Both the position numbers and the translations under genes were made by a program. The notes under the pieces were generated by a model. That model was not told where the DNA came from and did not search any database. It worked only from the letters and a program-made list of their open reading frames with translations. This document shows positions 32,473-42,151 of a DNA stretch of 64,000 nt, piece after piece (position 1 is the first letter of the stretch; the number at the start of each line of letters is the position of its first letter). Where the stretch lies: NCBI GenBank assembly GCA_963842945.1, contig CAWJIM010000020.1:64001-128000 (forward strand). Direction: 5' to 3'. The stretch is from an uncultured Gemmatimonadales bacterium. Lineage in GTDB: Bacteria > Gemmatimonadota > Gemmatimonadetes > Gemmatimonadales > GWC2-71-9.

Positions 32473-33609
32473 GTGACCGATCGCCCCGCTTTTGTATTGC
32501 TGGAGGACGGCGCCTGGTTCGCCGGGACTACGCCGAGCAGCACCGAGCCGGCATTCGGAGAGGTGGTATTCACCACCAATCTCACCGGATATCAAGAGAC
32601 TTTCACCGACCCGAGCTACCTCGGCCAGATCGTGGTTATGACCGCGCCGATGATCGGGAACTACGGGGTGAACCAGGAGGACATGGAGTCCAGCCGCCCC
32701 CAGGTGAGCGGCGTAGTGGTTCGTGAGTTGTCTCGCCACCCATCGAACTGGCGCGCCACTCGAACGCTCGGCGACTGGCTTGGCTCGGCCGGTGTGCCTG
32801 TTCTGGAGAACATCGATACCCGGCGCCTCACCCGCCATCTGCGCGAGCGCGGCGCAATGCGCGGAGTGGTAGCGGAAGGAGAAGGGCCCGACGACGCAAT
32901 GCGGGCTCGGCTGCTCGCCTCTCCATCAATGGTGGGACTGGACCTCGCATCCCGAGCCAGCACCGGGATACGGCAGAGCGAAGGCGCTGGTCCTCACGTC
33001 GTGGCGTATGACTTTGGCATGAAGCGGAACATCGTGCGCATGCTGGTGAATGCTGGTTGCCGGGTCACGGTAGTTCCCGGCAACACGTCCGCGGCCGAGG
33101 TGCGCGAGCTAACCCCTGACGGCCTCTTTCTTTCCAATGGACCTGGCGATCCTGCCGCGGTGGGCTACGCCCTCCCAACCATTCGCGAGCTCGCCAACGC
33201 CGGCCTGCCTACGTTCGGGATCTGTCTCGGCCACCAACTCATCGGCCTGGCCTATGGTGGTTCCACAGCCAAGCTGCCGTACGGGCACCGGGGAGGTAAT
33301 CATCCGGTCCGCGATCTCCGCAGTGGTCAAGTGCTTATTACCACTCAAAACCATGGCTTCGCGGTAGTTGGAGAGGCGAACCGGGTTCCCGGCGCCCCCG
33401 ATCTCGAAGTCACGCACGTCAATCTGAACGATGGTACGATCGAAGGGATCCGGCACCGCGAGCTTCCGCTGTTTGCGGTGCAGTACCATCCGGAAGCCGC
33501 GCCGGGACCGCACGACGCGTGGCCCCACTTCGACGAATTCATGGCCTCACTTCGCGGGGAACCCGGATCAATCCGGCAACCCCTTGACAGACAAGGGGTA
33601 AGCTCGTAG
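32473..33609 (+). CDS. carA: Carbamoyl-phosphate synthase small subunit
   Basis: GEVVFTT.LTGYQE..TDPSY, SNGPGDP, GICLGHQ, VQYHPEAAPGPHD. Confidence 0.95.
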   Translation: MTDRPAFVLLEDGAWFAGTTPSSTEPAFGEVVFTTNLTGYQETFTDPSYLGQIVVMTAPMIGNYGVNQEDMESSRPQVSGVVVRELSRHPSNWRATRTLGDWLGSAGVPVLENIDTRRLTRHLRERGAMRGVVAEGEGPDDAMRARLLASPSMVGLDLASRASTGIRQSEGAGPHVVAYDFGMKRNIVRMLVNAGCRVTVVPGNTSAAEVRELTPDGLFLSNGPGDPAAVGYALPTIRELANAGLPTFGICLGHQLIGLAYGGSTAKLPYGHRGGNHPVRDLRSGQVLITTQNHGFAVVGEANRVPGAPDLEVTHVNLNDGTIEGIRHRELPLFAVQYHPEAAPGPHDAWPHFDEFMASLRGEPGSIRQPLDRQGVSS

Positions 33610-33612
33610 TAT
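33579..33612 (+). promoter_or_regulatory. sigma70 promoter of the HU gene with an overlapping 8-bp palindrome
   Basis: TTGACA(33584)-N17-TAGTAT(33607); accccttg-acaga-caaggggt. Confidence 0.75.
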
Positions 33613-33664
33613 CGGCCATAGTTTCCCCGCCTGGCTCCGCCGACATAACCCTCCTGGGGGATGC

Positions 33665-33994
33665 ATGACCAAGGCCGATCTCGTCGAACAGGTGACTGCC
33701 TCCATCGCCCGCACAGCGGGGCCCATGATCTCGAAGAAAGACTGTGCCCGCGTGGTGGACGCTTTCCTGGAAGCGGTCAAGGAAGCCCTCAAGCAGCAGC
33801 ACAACATCGAGGTACGCGGTTTCGGCACCTTCAAAATCCGTCGTAGAAAGACCCGCATGGCCCGAAACCCTCGCACCGGCGATCCCGTGGAAGTGGCTGC
33901 CCGTCCGGTTCCGGTGTTCAAGCCCAGCAAAGAGTTGCGGGCCCTCGTCGCCGACGAGACCACTCCCGAAGCTGAGCCGGCGCAGGGGATGTAG
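33665..33994 (+). CDS. HU/IHF-family DNA-binding protein
   Basis: MTKADLV, IEVRGFGTF, ARNPRTG, PVFKPSKEL. Confidence 0.95.
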   Translation: MTKADLVEQVTASIARTAGPMISKKDCARVVDAFLEAVKEALKQQHNIEVRGFGTFKIRRRKTRMARNPRTGDPVEVAARPVPVFKPSKELRALVADETTPEAEPAQGM

Positions 33995-34068
33995 AGCTTC
34001 AGCTTTCCCCGTGTTCGAGAGTCGCTTTGGGCCCCGAGTCTCAGGGCGACTCTTGTTACCTTTCAGTC

Positions 34069-34332
34069 ATGACCGCAGTTGCCTCGACCGTCACCATTCG
34101 GGTTTTGCTCCTCGCCAGCTATGCCGAGCTGCTGGGCAGCGACGCTTTGGAGCTCGTGCTGGACAATCCGGCGCGGGTCAGCGACGCACTCGAGCGGCTC
34201 CGTGCCTTTCCCGGCGGCGAGCGGCTCCCCGCCAAGCCACTCTGCGCCCTCAATTTGACGCAGGTCACGCCGGACACTCCGCTCAGCGCGGGTGACGAGC
34301 TTGCCATCCTCCCGCCGCTTTCGGGTGGTTGA
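34069..34332 (+). CDS. moaD: Molybdopterin synthase sulfur carrier subunit
   Basis: C-terminal GDELAILPPLSGG. Confidence 0.9.
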   Translation: MTAVASTVTIRVLLLASYAELLGSDALELVLDNPARVSDALERLRAFPGGERLPAKPLCALNLTQVTPDTPLSAGDELAILPPLSGG

Positions 34333-34336
34333 GCCG

Positions 34337-34849
34337 ATGTATTTGACCTCTGACGCGATCGACCTCGGCTCGCTGCTAGCCCAGGTGCAATCTCCCCGGC
34401 ATGGCGGGATCGCCAGCTTTCTGGGAGCGGTGCGGGATCATCAGGCTGGGCGATCGGTGCTCCGTCTGGAATACTCGGCCTACCAGCCGATGGCGGAAGC
34501 CGAGTGCGCCCGGATCGTGCGAGAGGCGGAGTCGGAGTGGAACTGCGTCGTCGCGCTGAAGCACCGGATAGGAACGCTGCAAATCGGTGACGTCGCTGTT
34601 GCCATCGTTGCTGCCTCGGCTCACCGCGAGGAGGCGTTTGCCGCCTGCCGCTATGTGATCGAAGAGGTGAAGCGGCGAGTGCCGATCTGGAAGCAGGAGG
34701 TCTTTGCCGACGGGTCGGTGGAGTGGGTGGGAGGCGGGGCAGCGGGGCAGCGGGGCAGCGGGGCGGTTGAACAGCCGAATAGTCTTGCCGACCATGCAGC
34801 CTATACCAGCGGAGCCAACCACGCTGATGGGTACGGGGAGGAATCGTGA
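34337..34849 (+). CDS. moaE: Molybdopterin synthase catalytic subunit
   Basis: FLGAVRD, LEYSAY, HRIGTL, SAHREEAF, VPIWKQE; repeat-derived C-terminal tail. Confidence 0.92.
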   Translation: MYLTSDAIDLGSLLAQVQSPRHGGIASFLGAVRDHQAGRSVLRLEYSAYQPMAEAECARIVREAESEWNCVVALKHRIGTLQIGDVAVAIVAASAHREEAFAACRYVIEEVKRRVPIWKQEVFADGSVEWVGGGAAGQRGSGAVEQPNSLADHAAYTSGANHADGYGEES

Positions 34850-34886
34850 GTGCCGCCGTGCTGCCCCGCCGCCCCGCTGCCCCGCT
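34734..34886. repeat. Inverted octamer arrays (GCGGGGCA)x4 ... (TGCCCCGC)n spanning the moaE/moaA overlap
   Basis: GGGG units at 34736, 34744, 34752, 34760; ctgccccgccgccccgctgccccgct at 34861-34886. Confidence 0.85.
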
Positions 34887-35901
34887 TACTGACGTTCTAC
34901 ACCGTCCTCTGAAGTCGCTGCGGATTTCAGTCACCGACCGCTGCAACATGCGGTGCCGGTACTGCATGCCCGAACAGGAGTATGCCTGGCTTCCCCGCGA
35001 CTCCATTCTCTCCTTCGAAGAGATCGACCGCCTGGTGGGCATCTTCGCCCGTCTTGGCGTTGATAAGGTGCGGCTGACCGGTGGCGAGCCTCTCCTCCGC
35101 CACGAGTTTCCCAAGCTGGTTGCGCTGCTGCGGCGCCATCGCGGGATCCGGGACATTGCGCTCACCACCAACGGCATCTTGCTGGCGCGGCAGGCCAAGG
35201 AGCTCCGGGCTGCCGGGCTTTCACGCGTCACCGTGAGTCTGGATACACTCCGGCCCGATCGCATGCTGGAGTTCGCTCGCTCGGGACGACACCGGGACGT
35301 GCTCGAGGGCATTGCGGCGGCGCACCGGGAGGGCTTGGCACCGCTCAAGCTCAACGTCGTAGTCGTTCGAGGCTACAATGACGATGAGCTGGTTGACCTG
35401 GTGGAATTTGCCCGGGCTCATCAGGCCGAGGTGCGGTTCATCGAATACATGGATGTCGGTGGCGCTACCGAGTGGTCCATGGATCGAGTCGTGACCAGGC
35501 AGGGGATCCTGGAACGGCTGGAGCAGGTTTACGGCGCAATCACGCCAGTGAATGAAGGCGGCTGGGCTCCCGCCGAGCGGTTCTCCCTCCCGGACGGCGC
35601 CGTCATCGGGATCATTGCATCGACCACCGAGCCCTTTTGCCGGACCTGCGACCGCAGCCGTCTGACCGCAGATGGGACCTGGCTCCTGTGCCTCTATGGT
35701 GAGGACGGGCTCGACCTCCGCCAGGCACTGCGGGAAGGATGCGCCGATGACGAGATCGCCCGGCGCATCGAGGACACCTGGCGCCGCCGAACCGATCGCG
35801 GCGCCGAGCTGCGCGTTGCCTCGCCCGAGCGGGGAGCGCTGTATCAGCTGGAGTCTCTCCGGGCCGATCCGCACCGCGAGATGCACACGCGGGGCGGCTG
35901 A
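34846..35901 (+). CDS. moaA: GTP 3',8-cyclase
   Basis: LRISVTDRCNMRCRYCMP, LTGGEP, FCRTCDRSRLTADG, C-terminal GG. Confidence 0.95.
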   Translation: MSAAVLPRRPAAPLTDVLHRPLKSLRISVTDRCNMRCRYCMPEQEYAWLPRDSILSFEEIDRLVGIFARLGVDKVRLTGGEPLLRHEFPKLVALLRRHRGIRDIALTTNGILLARQAKELRAAGLSRVTVSLDTLRPDRMLEFARSGRHRDVLEGIAAAHREGLAPLKLNVVVVRGYNDDELVDLVEFARAHQAEVRFIEYMDVGGATEWSMDRVVTRQGILERLEQVYGAITPVNEGGWAPAERFSLPDGAVIGIIASTTEPFCRTCDRSRLTADGTWLLCLYGEDGLDLRQALREGCADDEIARRIEDTWRRRTDRGAELRVASPERGALYQLESLRADPHREMHTRGG

Positions 35902-36404
35902 TGCCGCTCCACGTTGCGCTCATCGAACCTCAGATTCCTCCCAACACCGGCAACATCGCTCGACTCTGCGCGGCCACCGACACTCCGCTGCACCTGATCG
36001 AGCCCCTGGGCTTCAGTATCAATGACGCCGAGGTCCGCCGAGCCGGGCTGGACTACTGGGGCGCGGTAGACCTCTGGGTGCACCCGAACTGGTTCGCCTT
36101 TCGTGACGCCATGGACCGTTCCCGCTGTCTGTACTTCTCCGCCAAGGCGGAGCAGAGCTTCTGGGACGCCCCCTACAAGCCGAACAGCTGTCTGGTCTTC
36201 GGGAGCGAGACCGAGGGCATGCCGGAACGGATTCTGGAAAAGCATCCGGAACGCTGCTTTACCATCCCGATGTCCGGGCCGGTGCGAAATCTCAATCTCT
36301 CGAATGCCGTGAGCATTGTGCTGTACGAGGCGATCAGGCAGGTGAGGGGAAGTCGCGAGTCACGAGTCGGGAGCCACGAGCACTCGCACGAAGAATCTTC
36401 ATAG
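35901..36404 (+). CDS. trmL: tRNA (cytidine(34)-2'-O)-methyltransferase
   Basis: PQIPPNTGNIARLCA, RRAGLDYW, FGSETEG, IPM, LNLSNAV. Confidence 0.92.
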   Translation: MPLHVALIEPQIPPNTGNIARLCAATDTPLHLIEPLGFSINDAEVRRAGLDYWGAVDLWVHPNWFAFRDAMDRSRCLYFSAKAEQSFWDAPYKPNSCLVFGSETEGMPERILEKHPERCFTIPMSGPVRNLNLSNAVSIVLYEAIRQVRGSRESRVGSHEHSHEESS

Positions 36405-36462
36405 CGGTAAGCCGTCTTCACTCCAAGCGCCTCATGACTCGCTACTCGTGACTCGCGACTCT
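36351..36462. repeat. Inverted heptamer arrays (AGTCRSG)n ... (YGACTCG)n at the trmL/mdh junction
   Basis: agtcgcg agtcacg agtcggg agccacg / tgactcg ctactcg tgactcg cgactct. Confidence 0.8.
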
Positions 36463-36526
36463 ACACAACTATATTGCGGCGGCTTGGGCTGCTACACCTT
36501 CTTCATCGCTGCAGAGAGCTCTTCGA

Positions 36527-37456
36527 ATGCTAAATAAGGTCGCGGTAGTTGGGGCGGGTAATGTGGGCGCAACGGCGGCGCAGAGATTGGCCGAGAAGAA
36601 TTTGGCGCGCGCCGTGGTCATGATCGACGTGGTCGACGGAGTCCCTCAGGGCAAGGGCCTCGACCAGTGGCAATCCGGCCCGATCGAGGGTTTTGATACC
36701 AGGGTGGTCGGCAGCGGCAACTACGATGAGGCTGCGGGGGCCGAAGTGTTTGTCGTGACCGCCGGTATCGCACGGAAGCCGGGGATGAGCCGGGACGATC
36801 TGGTCAAAACCAATGCCGGCATCGTTCGCTCGGTCACGGAGCAGATAGCCCGGGTTGCCCCCAAATCCATCATCGTGGTGGTCTCCAATCCGCTGGACGT
36901 GATGTGCTACGTGGCCATGAAAGCGACCCGCTTCCCCAGGGAGCGGATACTCGGCATGGCGGGAGTGCTCGACACAGCCCGTTATCGCACCTTTCTGGCC
37001 GAGGCGCTGGATATTTCAGTGGAAGACATCCAGGCGATGGTGCTCGGCGGACACGGCGACACCATGGTGCCGCTGGTTTCTTACACCACGGTCTCAGGCA
37101 TCCCGGTCACCCAGCTTATTGACCAGCAGAAGCTCGATACGATCGTCAACCGAACCCGGAACGGCGGCGCCGAGATCGTGGGTTTTCTCAAGACCGGATC
37201 GGCGTACTATGCCCCGAGTGCCGCTGCGGTGCAGATGGTCGAGGCAATTGCTCTGGACAAGAAGCGAATTCTCCCCTGTTCGGCTTGGCTGCAGGGCGAG
37301 TTCGGTCTTCGCGACGTGTTTTGTGGAGTTCCCTGCAAGCTGGGGAGAAGCGGCCTCGAGCGCATCATCGAGGTGACCCTTACCGACGCTGAACGCGAGG
37401 AGCTCCGCAAGTCCGCCGAGGCGGTGCGTTCGACCCAGGCGGTAGTAGACGCGTGA
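36527..37456 (+). CDS. mdh: Malate dehydrogenase (LDH-like)
   Basis: [41 protein letters not shown]. Confidence 0.95.
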   Translation: MLNKVAVVGAGNVGATAAQRLAEKNLARAVVMIDVVDGVPQGKGLDQWQSGPIEGFDTRVVGSGNYDEAAGAEVFVVTAGIARKPGMSRDDLVKTNAGIVRSVTEQIARVAPKSIIVVVSNPLDVMCYVAMKATRFPRERILGMAGVLDTARYRTFLAEALDISVEDIQAMVLGGHGDTMVPLVSYTTVSGIPVTQLIDQQKLDTIVNRTRNGGAEIVGFLKTGSAYYAPSAAAVQMVEAIALDKKRILPCSAWLQGEFGLRDVFCGVPCKLGRSGLERIIEVTLTDAEREELRKSAEAVRSTQAVVDA

Positions 37457-37469
37457 GCGGAGTTGCCGA

Positions 37470-38129
37470 ATGAATCGGCTGTGGTTGCTGTGGGACTCGT
37501 CGGTGGGGAAAAAGGTGGTCATGGCCGTGACTGGCCTGATCATGCTGGCCTATCTCATCACCCATGTGCTGGCCAATCTTCTGGTGTTTCAGGGGCCAAC
37601 CAGGATCAATGCCTACAGCGCGTTCCTCCACGGCACAGGCGGCGCGCTCTGGGCGGCGCGCCTGGTGTTGCTCGGCTCGCTTCTCCTGCACGTTGTGGCT
37701 GCGGTCCAGCTGGCGGGACGCCAGGCCGAGGCGAGACCCGTCGCATACGCCGCCGGGCGCAAGCCGCAGGTCTCGACCTGGGCATCGCGCAGCATTCGCT
37801 GGGGCGGCGCGCTCATCCTGGCCTTCCTGGTCTATCACATCCTCCACTTCACTATCGGCACCGCCCACCCGGACTTCGTTGAGGGCGACCCATACCACAA
37901 CGTAGCGACCGGATTCCACAATCCTGTCGTGGTGGTTGTCTACCTGGTGGCCCTCGCCGCAGTCGGTCTACATCTGTATCACGGGGTCTGGAGCAGCGGG
38001 CGGAGTCTGGGCATGAGCCCACCGACTCCCAACCCGCTTCGGCGTACGGTGGCAATGGTGCTGGCGCTGCTCGTCTGGCTGGGCTTTACCGTGATCCCGC
38101 TTGCGGTGTACGCTGGGGTGATCCGATGA
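37470..38129 (+). CDS. sdhC: Succinate dehydrogenase/fumarate reductase cytochrome b subunit
   Basis: [13 protein letters not shown], heme-ligand His residues in TM helices, HLYHG. Confidence 0.88.
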   Translation: MNRLWLLWDSSVGKKVVMAVTGLIMLAYLITHVLANLLVFQGPTRINAYSAFLHGTGGALWAARLVLLGSLLLHVVAAVQLAGRQAEARPVAYAAGRKPQVSTWASRSIRWGGALILAFLVYHILHFTIGTAHPDFVEGDPYHNVATGFHNPVVVVVYLVALAAVGLHLYHGVWSSGRSLGMSPPTPNPLRRTVAMVLALLVWLGFTVIPLAVYAGVIR

Positions 38130-40042
38130 TCGAGTTGCGCTCCAGAGTGCCCGTCGGGCCAATCGAACAGAAGTGGGACAAGCACCGGTTCGAGATGCGA
38201 CTGGTGAATCCGGCCAACAAGCGGAAACACACAGTTCTGCTGGTGGGAAGCGGTCTGGCCGGGGCGTCGGCCGCAGCGTCGCTGAGTGAGCTGGGTTATC
38301 AGGTCAAATGCTTCTGCTTTCAGGACTCGCCCCGGCGGGCTCACAGCATCGCGGCCCAAGGCGGAATCAACGCGGCCAAGAACTATCGGAACGACGGCGA
38401 CAGCATCTATCGCCTGTTCTATGACACGGTCAAAGGCGGAGACTTCCGTTCTCGAGAGGCCAACGTCTACCGGCTGGCGCAGCTGAGCGTCGAGATCATT
38501 GACCAGTGCGTGGCCCAGGGCGTGCCCTTTGCCCGGGAATACGGCGGCCTTCTGGCCAATCGCTCCTTCGGCGGGGCTCAGGTCTCCCGGACATTCTATG
38601 CCCGAGGCCAAACCGGCCAACAGCTGCTGCTCGGCGCATACCAGCAGATGCAGAAGGAGATCGACCGGGGCGGGGTAACCATGTATCCCCGAACCGAGAT
38701 GCTGGACCTGATCGTCATCGATGGCCGGGCCCGGGGAATCGTGGCCCGGGACATGGTCTCAGGGAAGATCACCTCGCACGTTGGGGACGCCGTGGTGTTG
38801 GGCACCGGCGGGTACGGCAACGTTTTTTATCTCTCGACCAACGCCAAAGGGTCCAACGCCACCGCTATCTGGAGGGCACACAAGCGGGGAGCGGCGTTCG
38901 CCAACCCGTGCTTCACCCAGATCCACCCCACCTGCATTCCGGTGAGTGGCGACTACCAGTCGAAGCTGACCCTGATGAGCGAGTCGCTTCGGAATGACGG
39001 ACGGGTGTGGGTGCCCCGCACGCAAGGCGACAAGCGGCCGGCCTCCCAGATTCCCGACTCGGAGCGGGATTACTACCTGGAGCGGAAGTACCCGAGCTTC
39101 GGCAATCTGGCTCCCCGTGATATCGCTTCCCGGGCGGCGAAAGAAGTCTGCGACGAAGGCCGGGGGGTCGGTGAGAGCGGGCTCGGCGTGTATCTCGACT
39201 TTGCCGACGCCATCAGACGATTAGGCGAGCACGCCATTCGGGACCGTTACGGCAATCTCTTCGAGATGTACCAGCGAATCACCGACGAGAATCCGTATCA
39301 TGCGCCGATGCGAATCTACCCCGCCGTGCACTACACCATGGGCGGGCTGTGGGTGGACTACAACCTGATGAGCACCATTCCCGGTTTGCATGTGATCGGC
39401 GAGGCAAACTTCTCGGATCACGGCGCCAACCGGTTGGGCGCGAGTGCGTTGATGCAGGGCCTGGCCGACGGCTATTTCATCCTCCCGGCGACCATCGCCG
39501 ACTATCTGGCTTCCGCCAAGCTGGACAAGGTCGAGGCGTCGCATCCCGAGTGCGTCCGCTTCGAGGCAGAGGTCGCGGGCTACACCCGCAAGCTGCTCGG
39601 GATCAAAGGCAAGCGGACGGTGGATTCGTTCCATCGCGAGCTGGGGAAGCTGATGTGGGACAAGTGCGGAATGGCGCGGAGTGCCGAAGGGCTGCGGGGA
39701 GCGCTGGCCCAGATACCGGCGCTGCGGGAGGAGTTCTGGCGAAACGTCAACGTTCCCGGCAGCGATGCCGAGCTGAATCAGGCGCTGGAGCGGGCCGGCC
39801 GGGTGGCCGACTTTCTGGAGCTGAGTGAGCTCATGTGCCGGGATGCCCTGCATCGGGAAGAGTCTTGTGGCGGCCATTTCCGGGTGGAGTACCAGACGCC
39901 GGACGGCGAGGCGCTGAGGAACGATCAGGATTTTGCCTACGTGGCAGCCTGGGAGTATTCGGGACCGGGCCGCGAGCCCCGGATGCACAAGGAGCCGCTG
40001 GAGTTCGAGTACGTGCAGCTGGCCCAGCGGAGCTACAAGTGA
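38126..40042 (+). CDS. sdhA: Succinate dehydrogenase/fumarate reductase flavoprotein
   Basis: [34 protein letters not shown]. Confidence 0.95.
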   Translation: MIELRSRVPVGPIEQKWDKHRFEMRLVNPANKRKHTVLLVGSGLAGASAAASLSELGYQVKCFCFQDSPRRAHSIAAQGGINAAKNYRNDGDSIYRLFYDTVKGGDFRSREANVYRLAQLSVEIIDQCVAQGVPFAREYGGLLANRSFGGAQVSRTFYARGQTGQQLLLGAYQQMQKEIDRGGVTMYPRTEMLDLIVIDGRARGIVARDMVSGKITSHVGDAVVLGTGGYGNVFYLSTNAKGSNATAIWRAHKRGAAFANPCFTQIHPTCIPVSGDYQSKLTLMSESLRNDGRVWVPRTQGDKRPASQIPDSERDYYLERKYPSFGNLAPRDIASRAAKEVCDEGRGVGESGLGVYLDFADAIRRLGEHAIRDRYGNLFEMYQRITDENPYHAPMRIYPAVHYTMGGLWVDYNLMSTIPGLHVIGEANFSDHGANRLGASALMQGLADGYFILPATIADYLASAKLDKVEASHPECVRFEAEVAGYTRKLLGIKGKRTVDSFHRELGKLMWDKCGMARSAEGLRGALAQIPALREEFWRNVNVPGSDAELNQALERAGRVADFLELSELMCRDALHREESCGGHFRVEYQTPDGEALRNDQDFAYVAAWEYSGPGREPRMHKEPLEFEYVQLAQRSYK

Positions 40043-40127
40043 GTCGGGAGCTGGGAGTCAGGAGTCGGGAGACTTACGGCGGTGAAGGGACTCTGTGGCT
40101 CCTGACTCCCGACTCTCGACTCCTGAC
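40041..40127. repeat. Inverted heptamer arrays (GAGTCGG)n ... (ACTCCYG)n between sdhA and sdhB
   Basis: gagtcgg gagctgg gagtcag gagtcgg gag, about 26-nt spacer, gctcctg actcccg actctcg actcctg ac. Confidence 0.88.
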
Positions 40128-40139
40128 CGAGAGTGTACG

Positions 40140-40910
40140 GTGAACCTGACCTTACGAGTCTGGCGCCAGCCGAGCCCTTCCGCCCCGGGACGCCTGGTCG
40201 AGTACCAGGCCGCCGAGATCAGCCCGGATATGTCTTTCCTCGAGATGCTCGACGTGGTGAACGAGGGGCTGATGCAGCGGGGTGAGGTCCCGATCGCCTT
40301 CGATCACGACTGCCGGGAAGGGATATGTGGATCGTGCAGTCTGATGATCAACGGCGTGGCCCACGGCCCGATGCGGGGCACCGCCGCCTGTCAGCTCCAT
40401 ATGCGAAGCTTCAAGGACGGCAATGTCATCACCGTCGAGCCCTGGCGGGTTCGGGCATTCCCCATCGTTCGAGATCTGGTGGTGGACCGGACGGCCCTGG
40501 ACCGGATCATTCAGGCCGGCGGCTACGTCAGCGCGCCGACCGGGGGAGCCCCGGACGGCAACACCATCCTGATCCCGAAGGAAACGATAGACACCGCGAT
40601 GGACGCGGCGCAGTGCATAGCCTGCGGCGCCTGCGCCGCAGCCTGCCCCAATGGCTCGGCCTCGCTCTTTACGGCGGCCAAGCTGACCCATCTGGGACTC
40701 CTGCCTCAGGGCCAACCGGAGCGCTACCGCCGCGCCCTCCGGATGGTAGCCCAGATGGACCTCGAGAACTTCGGTGGTTGCACCCTCTACGGCGAGTGTC
40801 AGGAAGCCTGTCCCAAGCTCATCAGCATCGACACCATCACCCGGATGAACCGGGACTTCCTTCGGGCCAGCCTCACCTCCGGTCGGGCGGCCGTCGCCGA
40901 GTCCGACTGA
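40140..40910 (+). CDS. sdhB: Succinate dehydrogenase/fumarate reductase Fe-S subunit
   Basis: [33 protein letters not shown]. Confidence 0.95.
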   Translation: MNLTLRVWRQPSPSAPGRLVEYQAAEISPDMSFLEMLDVVNEGLMQRGEVPIAFDHDCREGICGSCSLMINGVAHGPMRGTAACQLHMRSFKDGNVITVEPWRVRAFPIVRDLVVDRTALDRIIQAGGYVSAPTGGAPDGNTILIPKETIDTAMDAAQCIACGACAAACPNGSASLFTAAKLTHLGLLPQGQPERYRRALRMVAQMDLENFGGCTLYGECQEACPKLISIDTITRMNRDFLRASLTSGRAAVAESD

Positions 40911-42151
40911 GACGTTCCCTCGCCTTACTGACCATCGCCACAGTCCTGCTTCCCGGCCAAGGGCTGGGCCAGGCTCCCGTATGGATCAGGCTCGGGGTTA
41001 ACGCAGTCCCGGTGTATACCGGGGTCGACCCAAAACCGCATGGTGGCTCGCTGGGAGAAGTGCGGGTGGTCCAGCCGACCGTCATGGCGCACGGCGGTGC
41101 GTTCGAGAATCGCTTGCGCCTCCTGGCTACGCTCAACCTCGAGGGCCTGACCATTCCCGACGGGGAGCTCGCCCTGGGCGATTGGGGGGAGGGGTTCATG
41201 GACCGGCGGCACCCCCATACGTACGTCCATGAGGTAATGCTGGCGTACCTCCACCCGTTTGGGTCCGCCACTGCCTCGCTGTCTGCCGGTAAGGGGTTCG
41301 CGCCGTTCGGGACCGACGATCCGATGTCCCGGCCGCCCGTGCGCTACCCGGTGAATCACCATCTGGCCCAGATCCTGGAACGTGCCGTGGTCATCCTGGG
41401 GGTACGGTCAGGCCCGGTTCTGCTGGAGGGAGGTCTCTTCAACGGCGATGAGCCGGAGCAGCCGGAGAGCTGGCCGAACATGTCACGTTTCGGCGACTCC
41501 TGGTCCGCCAGGCTCACGGTCTACCCCGTGGCGCATCTCGAGCTGCAAGGGTCGCATGCCGACGTCCAATCTCCGGAGCACCGGGAAGGGTTCGGGACCG
41601 ATCAAAGCAAGTGGAGCGCGTCGGGCCGGTGGACCGGATCGCTGCGCGGCTCTCCGGCCTATGCCATGCTGGAGTGGGCGCAAACCTCGGAGGCGGAGGG
41701 GTTCTTCGTATTTCACAGCCTCCTGGGAGAAGGTGCATGGACCATCGGCTCTCATCGTCTCCTGTATCGCTTCGAGCGCACCGAACGCCCCGAGGAACAG
41801 CGGCTCCTGGACCCCTTTCGCTCGGCTCGGCCGCATACGGAGAACTCCATTCTCGGCACCACGCGCTGGACGGTCCATACAGCGGGCTATGGATTTCAGC
41901 TCACCCTCGCCAAGGCGCTGGTGGCTCTGCCGTTCGTGGAGGTGTCGTATGGACGGATCGCCGACGTGAATGGTGGCTTGTTTGACGCCGAGTCCTTCTA
42001 CGGCAAGAGGTCATTTTGGGCGTTGAGCATCGGGAGCCGGCTCAACGTTGGGCTTCCTTTGCACCGGATGGGACGGTACGGTGTGGCACAGGACACGGCG
42101 CCCACCACGGTCGACCACCACTATGGCCATCATGATCAGCACAATAAATAG
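40907..42151 (+). CDS. Putative outer-membrane beta-barrel protein with His motifs (start uncertain)
   Basis: Signal-like [50 protein letters not shown]; His-rich C-terminus. Confidence 0.6.
   Translation: MRRSLALLTIATVLLPGQGLGQAPVWIRLGVNAVPVYTGVDPKPHGGSLGEVRVVQPTVMAHGGAFENRLRLLATLNLEGLTIPDGELALGDWGEGFMDRRHPHTYVHEVMLAYLHPFGSATASLSAGKGFAPFGTDDPMSRPPVRYPVNHHLAQILERAVVILGVRSGPVLLEGGLFNGDEPEQPESWPNMSRFGDSWSARLTVYPVAHLELQGSHADVQSPEHREGFGTDQSKWSASGRWTGSLRGSPAYAMLEWAQTSEAEGFFVFHSLLGEGAWTIGSHRLLYRFERTERPEEQRLLDPFRSARPHTENSILGTTRWTVHTAGYGFQLTLAKALVALPFVEVSYGRIADVNGGLFDAESFYGKRSFWALSIGSRLNVGLPLHRMGRYGVAQDTAPTTVDHHYGHHDQHNK

Noticed and set aside
32473..33609. carA without an adjacent carB
   Set aside because: Split carA/carB arrangements are common, and carB is probably elsewhere in the genome.
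12671..40127. Tandem arrays as CRISPR repeats
   Set aside because: Units are contiguous 7-8-mers with no spacers, and there are no cas genes.
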